This document shows, in pieces, positions 22,101-34,400 of a DNA stretch of 64,000 nucleotides. The stretch is from Cyanophora paradoxa CCMP329 (lineage: Eukaryota; Plantae; Glaucophyta): positions 1 through 64,000 of the forward strand of contig QPMI01000655.1 in assembly GCA_004431415.1 (NCBI GenBank), written 5' to 3'. A model generated the notes under the pieces. It did no database searches. It had not been told where the DNA came from and saw nothing but the letters and a program-made list of their open reading frames with translations. The translations under genes and the position numbers were made by a program. Numbering within the stretch: position 1 is the first letter of the stretch; every line of letters begins with the position of its first letter.

Positions 22101-25100
22101 GCCGGCGACGGCGAGGTGGTAGCGGGCGAGGCGCTGGTGGTAGACGCCGTCGCGCTCCGCCCAGCCCCGCGGCGGCTCCTCGCCGGGGCGCGGCGCGACG
22201 TGCTCGCACGGGTCGCCCCGCTCGAACGGCGCGCACCGCGGCGCGTGCGGGCACGGCGTCTGCGGCCGGCGCGCGTCAGCGGGGGCAGAGCAGAAGGGGG
22301 CGGGCGGGGCGGACGAGGTAGCGGGCGCGGATGGCCCTGGCGAGCTGGCGGTGGAAGAAGCCGAGGGCGGAGTCGGGCCCGACGGCGGGGCGGAGGTAGG
22401 CCTGGAGGGCGTCGCGGAGGCGCGCCCAGGTCGCCCACGGGAGGCGCGGCAGGTCGCCCTCCGCGAGGAGCTCGAGCAGCTCGGGCGCCGCCAGCCGCTC
22501 CCCGGAGAGGAGCACGAGCGAGAGCGCGTCCCGCACCCGCTCGGCGCCCTGGTCCGCCTCGACGCGCGCGAGCGTCTGCTCGAAGAGCGCCGCGACGCCG
22601 GCCGGCAGCTGCGCGATGCGCTCCGAGAGGCGCTCGAAGACGCCGAAGACGCGGAGCTCCTCGACGGCGCCAGTGAGGTACAGCGGGGAGGCAGCTCCGG
22701 GCTTCGCGAGCAGCTGCTCGACCTGCCCAGGGGCGAGTTTCTTGCCGTACACAGCAAGAGACGCCTCGAGGATGGCCCGCCGCTCCGGAGCGGGGAGGGC
22801 GGGGACGTCGAGGAGGGCCGGGGGCGGCTCGCGGCGGTCGAGCCCGTTGGAGGCCTCGAAGCCGTCGGCGGCGGTGAGGACGAGGCGGAGGCCGCGGGGG
22901 AGGAGCCAGGGGAGCCAGTCGAGGGCGGGGCGGCCCTCGGCGGCCTCGAGCTGGTTGACGGCGTCCACGACGACGATGGCCCGCGCCTCCCAGAAGCCCC
23001 CCTCGCAGACCTCCCGCAGGACCTCCGCGAGGCGGGCCTTGGCGTGCAGGTAGGCGGCGGGGACGCGGGCGTGGCCGCAGGGGCGGCCGAGGCGGGCGGC
23101 GGCCTTGATGAGCTCGGCGGCGAGGCGGCGGACGAGGTGCGGGACGCGGGTGGAGGCCGGGGAGGCCCCCACGAAGTGCGCCACGACGACCGCCTCGGGG
23201 AACTGCTCGCGGCAGAGGCGGACGAAGCGCGCGGCGACGGCGGACTTGCCGAAGCCCGGCTGCGCCCGCACGAGCAGCAGCGGCTGCTCGCTGTTGCGCA
23301 CGAAGTCGAGCATCGCCTGCAGCGTCTCCTCGCGCCCCAGGACGCGCTCCCCGCGGCTGCTCTCCAGCGCCTCGTGCGCGGCCGCCTCCGCGACGAGCGA
23401 GACGCGCTCGGCGGCGGCGGCGGCGTCGCCCTCCTCCTTGTCGGCGGGGGCGGGGGCGGGGAGGGCGGCGCGCGGGGGGAACTCGCGCTCGACGGCGGCC
23501 CAGAGGTCGCCGAGGACGGCCTCCGCGAGGCCCTCGAGGCCGCCCACCATCGGCTTGTTCTCCACCAGGCCCCGCCACGACGCCCCGTACGAGCGCACCA
23601 CGCAGTACGGGTGCGCCCCGATCGCCCGCCGCAGCTCCACCTGCTTCGCCGCGTGCTCCGGCGACTCCGCCTCGAAGACCTGCGCGGACCGGGGCGTCAG
23701 CGCGGGCCTGGCCCCTCCCGGGGGGACGCGGGGCGGGCCTGGGCGAGGGCGGCGTCGGGGTGGGGGATGGAGGCGAGGAAGGCGGGATCGCGGAAGTAGG
23801 CGTAGGCGTGCACGGGCTCGTCGGGCCGCTGGAGGAAGCCGTACTCGACCTCGCACGCCGTGATGCTCCGCCCCGCCGGCAGCGCCCGCACCCGCTCGAA
23901 CCGCGCCTCCCGCGAGAGGCGGTACGCGGGGGGCACCCAGCCGTACCGCTCCCCGCCCAGGTACACGAAGAAGGGGCGCGCGCGGTCGATCTCCTCGAGG
24001 CAGATCTCGAGGGCGCCCTTGCCGCCCTCCCCCGTGTCCTCCTCCGTCAGGCCCCACCGCAGGTCGATCGGGACGACCGTCACGCGGCACGCCCTGCACC
24101 CCCACCCCCGCCTCCGGCTTCAGACCGGCGTGGCGGGCGGGGGGGCGGGGTGGGGCGGGGACCGGCAGCGGTCGTTGAGGGCGGGGAAGGTGACGCGGGT
24201 GAGGACGTCGCGCTCGCCGTGCATGTCCCGGAACGTGCTCGACACGAAGACGTGCAGCGTCAGCCAGCCGCCCCCCTTCCGCATCCCCGCCTCCAGCCCG
24301 ATCTTCAGGTCCTTTGCCTTCGCCCCGCCCGTCCCCGCCGAGGGCGGGCGCTGGCCGGAGCCCGAGTGCGGGCGGCCGGCGCCGGCGCGGGCGGCGGCCT
24401 CCTTGGCGGCGGCGATGCGGGGCCAGGCCGGCGTCGTGGAGTACTGCTGGTCGAGGTTCTCGAGGAACTGGGCGATCTGGCCCTCGTACATCGCCCGGTA
24501 CTGCTCGAGGGTGCCGGCGGCGCGCATCTGCTCCATTGCGCCGTTCATCGCCTGCAGGAACTGCGCCCTGGCGTCGTTGTAGTTGCGCCAGAGCGTCTCC
24601 TCGACCTCCGCGTGCGCCGCGGAGACCATCGCCGCCGTCTGGTGCTGCTGCTCCAGCAGCCGCTCCGCGAGGATCACGTCCTCCTCCTCCCCGTACCCGT
24701 CGCCCTCCGCCCGCCCCCGCGGCCGGTGCGCGCTCCCGAACTCTCCTGCGGGGGGCACCCCCGCCAGCTCGTCCAGCCGCTTCGCCCCCTGCGCCGGCGG
24801 CGGGACCTGCAGCGCCAGCTGCTGCGCCCCTGCAACGAGCGTCGGCGGCGTTGGCGGCGCCGGGGCGGGGGCGGGGCGGGCGGGCGCACGAGGCGCGCCG
24901 TCGGGGGCGTCGGGGGCGGAGAGGGCGGCCTGCTCGGCGAGCAGGCGGCGGTGGAGCTCGCGCAGGCCGCCCGCCCGCACCCGCAGCGCCTCCTCCGCCA
25001 CCTCGTTCTGCGCACGGCTCACCTGCGCCCCGCCCCGCCTCACGGCCCGGCTGGCGACGAGGCGGCGGCGAGGCGGCGGCGGCGGCGGCGGCGGCGGGCC

Positions 25101-27259
25101 TGGAAGCGGTCGGCGCCGCGGAGTGAGAGCTCGCGGAGTGCCCAGCGGTCCTCGTACTCGTTGCGGACTGGCAGGCAGTCGACGGTGTTGCGGCAGCCCG
25201 GCACGCCGTGCCAGTTCTCCGGCCTGCCCGCCCCGCCCCCGGCTCGAGGAGGGCGCGCGGGCAGGGCGGGGGCGCGCGGGCAGGGCGGGGCCTCGGGCGG
25301 GGCGCACTGCGGCTTGGCGTTCTCGGCGCGCAGGAGGGCGGCCTTGCCCTCGAGCACCTGCGCCGCCACCTGCGCCGAGGCTCGCCCGGGGCGGGGGCGG
25401 GGGCGGGAGCCGGGGCGGCGGGCCTCGAGCCAGGCGAAGGGGCGGTTCTCGAGGACGGCGCGCTGCTCGGCGGGGATCTCGTCGTCCCAGTCGCGGATGA
25501 CGGGGGCCCACCAGGCCTTGGCCTCCCCCACGAGCCGCCCCGCCCCCTTCTGGCCCCGCCGCGTCTCGTACGCCTCGTTGTGCGACCCCTCGATGAAGCC
25601 CGTCGCCGGGTTGAAGCCGGGGGCCCACGCCGCCCCGGGCGGGTACGCGCGCGCGTAGGCGGCGAGGCGGGCGGTGAGGGCGGCCGCGACGTGCGCGTCG
25701 GAGGGGCGCTGGTTGCGCTGCGGCGGCTCGTTGCGGAGGCGGCGCTCGCGTCGGGCGAAGGCCTGCGCCAGCTGCTCCAGCCCCGGCACCCGCCCGAAGA
25801 GCGCCCCCCGCTGCACCTCCCACGCGCGCCCCGCCTCCGACCCCCCCGCCCCCGCCCCCTGCGCGCCCGTCACGCCGGCCCCGCCGCCACGAGCAAAGAG
25901 CGGAGCGGACCGAGCCGTTTGCGGCCTGGTAGGCGCGGAGGGCGGAGGACATGACTTCGTGCTGCGGCGGGGGCGGTCGGGGGCGGAGCCGGGCGGCGGC
26001 GGGGGCGGGCGGGGCGTGGCGGGCACGTGGCGGCGCTCGGCGTCGGAGGGCTCGGGCTCGTCGGCGGCGAAGCGGTCGGCGGCGGGCCGGCCTCGGCGAG
26101 CAGCGCCTCGCGCTCGGCGGCGACGGCGGCGGCGACGAAGAGGTCCTCGACGGCGCAGACGCCCTTCATCCAGCCCGGCACCCGCTCCAGCGCCAGCCCC
26201 GAGCGCCCCTCGTTCATCGCCGCCACCCGCGCACGCCTGCCCGCGGCGCGGCGTCGGCCGGCGGGCGCGCTGGCGGGGCCGGCGGGCGCACTCGAAGGAG
26301 GCGTCGCTCTGCTGCATCGCCTCCATCGCCCGCCGCGAGCACGCCTGCAGCGCCGCCTGCAACTCCTCCCCCAGATCCTGCCCCCGCGCCCCGTCGGCCG
26401 CCCGGCGCCCGGACAGGCGTACGGGGGGCCGGCGGGGCGCGCACGTCGGCGCGGGCGAAGCGCTGGCCGAAGGAGACGCAGTCGTCCCACATTTCGCGCG
26501 CCTCCCATGCAGCGCGCCAGAACGCCTGGAGGCCCGCCGCGTCACGCCCGCCGCGAAGGCGCGGGGCGGGGCGGGGCGGGCCTGGGTCGGGGTGAGGTGG
26601 AGGGCGCGCTCGAAGCTCCAGCGCTCCTGCTCGTCGCAGGCGCGCTCCAGCAGCGTCGCGAGGCCGTCCGCGTCCTCCCCGAGCTCCCCCGCCGCCTTCG
26701 CCAGCCGCCAGCCGCCCCGGCCCCGCGCAGTCCACTCCCGTATCTCCCGCCCCGCCGACTGCCGCTCCCGCTCCGAGCCACCGCGCCGCCACTCCGCGAC
26801 CGCCGCCCGCGCCTCCTCGAGCGCCCACTCGCCCCAGATCGGCGGGCCGGCCGCGTACGCCTCCGGGGCCTGCTGCCGCCGGCTGGCCGCCGCCGGCTTC
26901 GCCGCCTGCCCCGCCGACCGCGGACGCGCCAACGCCGGAGCCGGAGTCGGAACCGCAGAAGGGGCGTTGCCCGCCGAGGGCGGCCGAGCGGCCGAGGGCG
27001 GCCGCTGAGCTGGAGCCGGCATCGCGCGATCCGTTTTCGCCGAGGGTGGGCGCGGAGCGGGCGGAGGCTGGTACGCGGGGACGGGTGCCGGGGCCGGGGC
27101 CGCGTATGCGGGCTGCGACGGGACGGCCACGTCGACAACCACCTCCCGCACAGGTACCGGCGACGCCGCATGCTGCGCGTGCTTTCCGCCTTTGCAGCCC
27201 TGCGACGGCGCCCGGCGGTGATTAGCGTCGAGCTCGCTCTGTGCTCGCTCAGCTCGCAT
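19169..27259 (-). CDS. TEP1/NWD-like STAND protein: long unassigned N-terminus, DUF4062, NACHT-type NTPase, WD40 repeats; multi-exon
   Basis: LHVFVSSTFRDMHGERDVL, PIDLRWGLTEE, LEICLEEIDRARPFFVYLGGERYGW (DUF4062 as in TEP1). Walker A AQPGFGKS, HFVGAS, Walker B IVVVDAVNQL, SPLYL, FFHRQL. WD40 units such as LVATCGEDGVLRLWS, LAAADAAGSLRLWT, VAAACADDCVRLFD. Continuity of the 5' exons is inferred from splice signals. Confidence 0.85.
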
Positions 27260-27503
27260 ACGTCGCAGCCAAACGCACCATTGCGTGCGTTGGTTTACGT
27301 GCGGCTGAAGACGATGCGTCGAGCTTGTCCGACTGTCAGCTTTATCTGGATGACCTGGCGGCGAGCTCGGAGCTTTTCGCTACGCGACGTCTGCTTAACA
27401 CGACAGACTCAGATCTCTCTTCAGGGGCGTTTGACGTCCAAATTCTCTTTGGAAAGCGCCGGGGACGTCCGACGCTGTCCGAGACGGTCCGCCGCGCGCG
27501 TAC

Positions 27504-27539
27504 CCGGCTCGTTGCAAAGTGGACCGGCTCGTTGCAAAG
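27504..27539. repeat. 20-bp-period direct duplication (CCGGCTCGTTGCAAAG x2) upstream of the TEP1-like gene
   Basis: Copies at 27504-27519 and 27524-27539. Confidence 0.85.
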
Positions 27540-28175
27540 CGGCCCCGGGCTCGGAGCCGCACCGTGCGCACCTTCGGGAGCGGGCCGGGGGAGGCCCCCC
27601 GGTACCGGTCTCCCGGTCCGGGGCTCGTGGGGGTTTCGGCCCCCTCAGGGCCTCGGCCGCGGGCAGCATTCCTCTCCCTAGGCCTTAGCGCTAGCGGCCA
27701 GTTCGTGCACGTGGCGGGAACCGTTGAACGGGCGAGCCTCCGGGCACAGCCCGCACCTTTGATCCTATATAAAATATATGATCTTAATCGATTGTATGCT
27801 ATGGTCATTAAGCCCGGGGCCCGGTAGAGCAAGTAGACCTAGGTTTCGATCTCGAGCCTCGGAGCTTTGGTATTCGATTTCGATCTCGACGTCACTTGCC
27901 TATCCGACTGATCATGAGCCCTTGGACTCGATCGGCGGCCCACTGCTAGCCAAACAGCTGCTAGGGCTAGTCCAGATGTCGTTGGTCGTTTCTGAAATGC
28001 ATTCCGTTCGCCTGCAACCTGCATAGGCAAACGTTCGAAAGCTTCAGCCGCTGAGCCTCCGGTTTGATCCCGGGTCCGCGTTTGATCCGATGTGGGCTAA
28101 ATTAAATACAGCACAATAAACGCTACCGTAGAACTCGTCCTGCCTAGGATTAGCTTGAGAATTGCGGTGAGGGGA

Positions 28176-29066
28176 TTAGTAGATGGCGAAGGAGATGGGC
28201 TCGTGGGACGAGTGGAAGCCCATGCCGAGATCCCCGTCCTGCCGCGCGGGGGGCTCAGGCCGAGAGTGGACTCCGGGAAGCGGGCGCAGCGGGGCGGAGC
28301 GCACGGCGTGGGGGGCGGCCTCGGCGAGCTGGGCCCCGTCCTCCGCGGCGTCGGCGGCGTCGGCGGCGTCGTCGGCGAAGGCGGCGTCGGCGGCGCCGCT
28401 GTAGGCCTCGTAGGCGCCCTCGGCGGGGGCCGCGTCCTCGGCGGCGTCCTCGGCGTGGTGGGACTCCTCGGCGGCCGCGTACTTGTCGACGAGCGACTGG
28501 AGGCCCGGCTGCTCCTCCCCCGCCTGCTGCGCCTCGTGGTCCGCCTGCTTGGCGGCCCCCTCCTTCTGCCGCTCCAGGCAGAGGCAGAACTTGCCCTTAT
28601 CCTGCCCCTGCAGCTTCGCCATCTTCTCCGTCTTGCCCTTCAGCTCCTGCGCCGCGCGTGAGCGGCCCCGGAGGAGGAGGAGGAACGGGGGCGGGCCTTG
28701 ATGTCGTCTTTGAGCTCGGCGACCTTTTCGCCCTGGTAAGTAAATAGCAAGTAAGAATAGTAAAAGTTTCGGACCTTGGCGAGAAGGCTCTTGGAAAGCT
28801 TCGAGTCCTGCAGCAGTAATAGTAAGTAAATAGTAAGTGAATAGTAAGTAAAATATAGAAAACGCCGGACCTGGAGCAGCTTCACCTGCTCCTTAATCGC
28901 CGCGATCTGCCGGCCCGCGCGGTCAGCCGGGAAAGCGCACGCGTGGGCGGGGCGTCGGGCTGAGCCGGCGGAGACAAATAACCTTCTTTTCGATGGCAAC
29001 CTTCTTGAGCATCTGCAGGCGGCGTCAGCGCCCCGCCCGCGACCAGAGGAGCAGACGAGGGAGGGG

Positions 29067-29098
<32 letters not shown>

Positions 29099-30928
29099 CG
29101 GACCTTGATCTGCTTCTTGAGCTCTTTGATCTGCACGCGAACAGTTAGTAAATTGAGCGAACCTGTACGCGATATAGTAAGTAGAGTCGGACCTTGTCCG
29201 AAAGCTTGGTACGCAGCTTCTCCTTCTCCTTCATCTGCTTCTTCCAGCGCTCCTCCTCCTCCTTCTCAGCCGCGAGCAGCTTGAGAATTTTGCTCGCCTT
29301 CTCCCGCACCTCCTTGACCTGATGGCTGTTGAGGCGGATGGCTGGATGCGAGCTGCAGGGTCCGGCGATGCGAATTCGAACCTCGGTCTTCAGGTGGACC
29401 AGCTTGCTCACGAGCTTCTTAGCCTTGGCGTCCTTCTGCCGTTCGTCGTCTCCCGTTGCTTTCGCCTTCTCGCGGAGTGCCGCGATTTTGGCCTGCGCGC
29501 GCGAGCCGTCCCCGCTCGCCACGGGCCGGGGTTCCGACTCGTGCCTGGCACGCCGGCAAGGCGACAAGGCGTTAACGAACCTTGATCTCGGCCATTTTAG
29601 CCTTCACGTCCTTGTCGCTGCTCTCCTTCCCCGTCGACTTCTCGATCTGCGCGAGCCGGCGCCGAGCGTCGGCGGCGCAAGAGAACCGCTCCCACTGCGG
29701 ACGCGCACCTTCTCCTGGATCTTGAGCAGCTTCTCCTTCATAGCCGCCTTTTGTTCGCGGGCCTCCTTGCTGTCGTCCGAGTCGGCCAGAAGGCTGAGGA
29801 TCTGATGGTGGTGCTCAAAAGGGGTGGCTGGCGCGGCATAGGTCGGGATTGAGCTACAGCTCGCTCGAACCTTCGCCTTGATCTCAGCCTTGATCTTCGC
29901 CAGCTTCTCAGAGGCCTCCTTGTTCTTGCTGTTGCGCGCATCGTGCAGCGCGTGGACGGCCTGCAAGGAGCAGAAGATGAACCCGCAGCTGCGCTTCAGC
30001 AGCAAGGAGCAGAAGATGAACCTTCAGCTGCGCTTTAAGAAGGTTGAGCTTCTGCTCCTTGCTGTTCTGCTCCCCGCCGCGCCCGCCCCGTCAGCTGCGC
30101 CGGCCGCGCCCGTCGGGAGGCGGCCGCGGCGGCGCGGGGCGCACGAAGGCGGCGAAGTTCAGCGCCTTCTCAATCTTCGGGATGGCGCCCTTGATCGCCT
30201 GGCGGCCGGCGCGGTCAGCGGGGGCCGGCGCGCGGGCCGGGCCGGCGGACCTTCAGACCGTCCTTGTTGGCCTTCTCCGCCACCGTCTTCATTTTGTTGA
30301 GGACCTGGGGGCAGGGGTTGAGGAGAAGGACAACGAGTGGGCGGACGAGGTGGAGGATCGGAAGGAGGAAGAAGAAAAGAGAGGATGAGGAGGCCGAGGG
30401 CGGGGGCGGCGAGGGCAGCCGGGCCGAGGGAAGCCTGGGAGCACCTTATTGATCTTGCCCTTCGCCTGCTTCGTCGCCGCGTCGTCCTGCGGTGCCACGG
30501 TGCCCGTGGGCACGCTGCCACCACCCGCAGGCGTACGCGGCGGCACTGTGCACCTTCTCGGCGACTTTGGCCTTGTCCTGAAGCTGCGAAAGCGTCTTCA
30601 GGACTTTGGCTCGGAAGGAATCCTCCTTCGCCGGCTTGGCCGTCACGACAGGAACGGGCTTTGCGGCAGGCTTCGCCTCGGGCGCCGGGGCCTGCGTGCC
30701 GATGTCTCATCCGCCTGGCCTTCGTGAAGGCAGGAGCTACTAACGAACCGGCTTCGCTGGAACAACCGGGACGGGTGCTGGGGCGGCCGGCGCGGACGGA
30801 GCGGCCGGAGCAGGGGCGGGCGCAACTGCCGGAGCAGCAGCCGGAGCAGCAGCCGGGGCTGCAGGAGGAGCTGCAGGAGCTGCCGGAGCAGCCGCGACTT
30901 TCGGGGTTGCTGGCGCGGGGGTCGCCAT
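28176..30928 (-). CDS. Hypothetical Ala/Pro-rich then Lys/Glu-rich coiled-coil protein encoded by many phase-0 mini-exons; may extend further 5'
   Basis: Exons MATPAPATPKVAAAPAAP..., DSFRAKVLKTLSQLQDKAK, NSKEQKLNLLKAQLK, AVHALHDARNSKNKEASEKLAKIKAEIKAK, DSKLSKSLLAK ... DGDLGMGFHSSHEPISFAIY*, joined at AAG|GT or AAG|GC ... CAG junctions. Confidence 0.7.
29961..30066 (-). repeat. 39-bp-period tandem duplication plus 16-bp perfect inverted repeat spanning an exon-intron junction
   Basis: 29963-29996 vs 30002-30035 match at 32/34. 30000-30015 is the exact reverse complement of 30049-30064. Confidence 0.9.
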
Positions 30929-31420
30929 CTGTGAAGCGGGTCCGTGCAAACTGCGCGGCGCAGGCACTCAGAGCAATCGAAGGTACTCGGCAGGCGACAC
31001 GGACATGTGCTAGCGCTTCAAGCTTCAATATGCCAGCGAGGTTGTCTCAGGTTGACCAGCGAGGGGTACGAACGAGTTTGCCCAGTCGACCAACATCAAA
31101 TTGGGGGAGTCGGCCAAGCTGGGGTACGGTTCAGCGAAGCAAAAAAGGGGTAGGAAAGAGGGCCGCGTGCATCGACTCGGAACCAGCAGCCTTGCAGCGC
31201 TGGGCCGCGCTAGCGCCGCGCGTGCTGGAGGCCGAACATATCTCAAGCTTTGGTGACACTTGCGGAGCCCTTCGAGACTCCAGCTTGGGGAACTTAACCC
31301 CTGCACCCCGCGGCCCGGCGGCGCGCGCAACCATGCTTCGGCGCATATGTGCCCGAAAAGCAAAACGGCGCGACGCGGCGCACCGCAGCTAGAGAGCCGG
31401 AGGATTCTCAAGCCGACGAC

Positions 31421-34400
31421 ATGGAGATTCTGCCCTTCCTGCCAGCTCGCCTCCGTGCGTGGGCGGCGAAGGGGCCGAGGTCGCTGGCGGCCTGAGTGCG
31501 CGTCGCGCAGTGCCGGCCATCTCGCGTGAGGTGAGGGCGCTGGCCGGCGGCTGCGAGGTCAGCGTCGCGCACCTCCATGGCGCAGGTCCGCAGGCCCCCG
31601 CCCCTCTCGCCCCCTCTCTGACGCCCCCGGCGCCCGCCGTCTCCGCGCTCAGTGCTGTTCCTCGACGTGAAGGGGTCCGCCTCCCCGGCCGCCCCTCTTC
31701 CCCTCCGCCTGACGCCGCGCAGGTACTCGGCGCTGGCGGCGGTGCGCGGGGCGGGGCGGGGCGGGGCGGGAGGGCGGGGCGGGGGGTGACGGGGCGGCAG
31801 GGCCTGGCGCGGGCGGACGAGGCGTCGGCGAGCGAGGAGCTCATCACCATCCTCAACTCCGTGCGCCCCCGGCCCCGCCCGCCCTGCGCCCCGCGCCGCC
31901 GCCTGAGGCCCGGGCGGCAGTACCTGAGCCCCGTCATCGGGGAGCTGCACCGCCACGGCGCCGAGGTGGTGCGCGGGCGGGGCGCGGGGCGGGCGGGGCG
32001 GGCGGGCGGGGCTGAGGGGCGGGCGGGGGCGGGGCAGCTGGCGTTCGCGGGGACGCGATGCTAGCCTTCATCCGGGCCGAGAGCGGGGCCCGCGAGGCCC
32101 TCGCCCGCGCCGCCCAGCGCGCCGCCGCCTGCGCCCTCGCCGTGCGGGCGGTCGCGGCGGCCTCGCCGGCGGCCAAGGCGGGGTCGGGCCTGCTGCTGCA
32201 CCAGGGATCGGCGTGGGCGAGGTCCTCGTCTACGTCCTCCGCGCCGGGCCCGCCGACGCCCAGCTCGCCTACGCCGGTCCGCCCCCGCCCCGCCCCGCCC
32301 CGCCCTCCAGCGCCGGGGCGACGCGGCCGTCGGGGCGCAGGGGAAGCGGTGCGGCAAGTGGCGTCGGCGCTGGCGCAGTCGCAGAACGACGAGGTGGTGG
32401 TGGGGATGGGCGGGGCGGCCTTCATGGCCGGCCGGGTGGAGATGACCGACCTTCCCGGCGACCGCGGCATGGGCAAGCTCGTCCAGCGCCTCCCCGCCCC
32501 GCCCCGGCCGCCCCGCACGGCGCCGGCCGCTGCGCGTGCGGCGCCGGGGCGCTCCCCGAGGCGGAGGGGGAGGCGGTGGCGGAGCTCGTGGCCGGCTGCC
32601 GGGAGGCGCTGCGGGCCCTCTCGCCCGTGCCCGTGCGCCGCTACGAGGGCGCCGCCAGCGAGGTCTGGAGCTGGTCCCTCAACCAGGTCCCCGCCCCGCC
32701 CCGCCCGGAGCCCGCCCAGCCCCGCCGCGAGCCGCCCGGAGGGCCCCCGCTCACCCGCGCCCCCGCCCCCGCCAGGTGATCACCATCTTCGCCTCCTTCC
32801 CGGGTGCGCGCCCCCCTCGCCCGCCTCCTCCCCGGCGCCCCTGGCGCGGCCCTCACGCCGCCGCGGGCAGAGCTGGACCTCGCGGCGCCGCTGCACGCGA
32901 TGCGGCGGCGGCTGCAGGAGGAGGGGGCGACGGGGACGACGCCGCACGCCTCGCGCCTGGGCCAGATCGTGGAGAAGGCGCACCAGGTCGCCGACAAGTG
33001 GCGCGGCTCCCTCTACAAGGTGCCCCCTCGCCGGCCCCCGGCGGCAGCGCGGGGCCGGGGCGGGGCGGGGCGGGTCGGGGCGGCCGACCTCGTCGCCCCC
33101 AGGTGCTCTTCGACGACAAGGGCGCCACCCTCATCCTCGCCTGGGGCCTCCCGTCCGCCCCGCCCCGCCCCGCCCGCCCCGCCCCGCCTGCGCCTGCTCT
33201 GACGCGGGCCGGGCAGGGGGCGGCGGGGAGAACCTGGCGGAGAGCGCGGAGCGGGCTGCGCGGGCGGCGCTCGACCTCGAGGCGGCCTTCGGCGGCTCCG
33301 CCGGCGCCCCCTTCGCCGCCGGCGTCCGCCCCGCCCCGCCCGCCCCCCGCATCTCCCCCGGGCCCCCGCCTGACCCCTCGGCAGCTCGCCGCGGGGCGCA
33401 CCTTCTGCGGCTCCCTGGGGGCCTCGTGCAGGAAGGAGTTCGGTGCGCGCCCCGGCGCCGCCCCGCCCCGCCCCGCCCCTCCCGACGCCCCGGGCAGCGC
33501 TGATCGGGTCGGCGCTGAACATGGCGGCGCGGCTGATGAACCTCGCGTGGGGCATCGCGGGCCCCGAGGTCTACAACGTGACCCACCAGAAGGCGGCGCA
33601 GGAGCCCGGGGCGACGCCGCGCGGGCCCCGCCCCGGGGCCGTCTTCTGCGACGAGTCCATCGTCGACGCCCTCGCGGAGCGCGCCGAGGCCGCCACCGTC
33701 GCCTTCCACTCCTACGGGCCCGTCGCCCTCAAGGGCTGGCCCGAGCCCGTCCCCGTCTACTGGCCCACCCTCGGCGCCCCCGCCCCCGAGGCCGGCGCCA
33801 TGACCACCCGCGGCCGCCGCCCGAGCGTCTCGGCGCGGCGGATGAGCCTGGGGCCTGGCCCCTCGCAGCGGCGGGTGAGCCTGAGCCCGCTGCCGCCGCG
33901 CATCAGCTTCGCGTCGGGGATGCCCTCGGTGCACGTGCCGCCCTCGGAGGCCCCCGCCCCCGCCCCCGAGGCCGAGGAGGAGGAGGAGGAGCTGTGCGTG
34001 GGGCGCGAGGCGGAGCTGGAGGCGGTGGCGGGGGCGCTGGAGGCCCTCGCCGGGCGCGGCGTGGGCGCCACCTTCCTCATCGAGGGCGAGGCCGGCATCG
34101 GCAAGAGCACCCTCGCCGCCCGCGCCGCCGCCCTCGTCCGCGAGCGCGGCGGCCGCGTCCTCGCCGGCTACTGCAACTCCCTCGAGGGGGGGCTCCCCCT
34201 GTGGCCCCTCCGCGGCCTCGTCGCCTCGTGCGCCGAGACCTCGAGCGAGGCGGCCCTCGCCGAGTCGCTCCGCGCCCTCGGGGCCGCCTCGGGCATCGAG
34301 GCGGCGCTCCTGTGGCGCGCCCTCTTCGCTTCGGAGGCGCGCGGGCGCCCGGGGGCGGGGGCGGGGAGCGCGGAGGCCCCCGGCACGGCCCGCCGCCTCG

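Noticed and set aside
27700-28150. Low-GC intergenic stretch with TATA-like TATATAAAATATA and many 6-bp palindromes; considered tRNA/snRNA or synthetic polylinker
   Set aside because: I could not build a cloverleaf, Sm site or known vector sequence. Best read as 3' UTR/promoter DNA; an Infernal scan would be needed to exclude an RNA gene.
48-32052. Apparent frameshifts in pepN (48-51, ~122-125), haloperoxidase-like (~4623-4626), mnmG (16321-16324) and the cyclase (32049-32052), suggesting pseudogenes, recoding or G-insertion editing
   Set aside because: Each is a single missing base in a G/C homopolymer, including in housekeeping genes. This is the typical long-read consensus error; short-read polishing would settle it.
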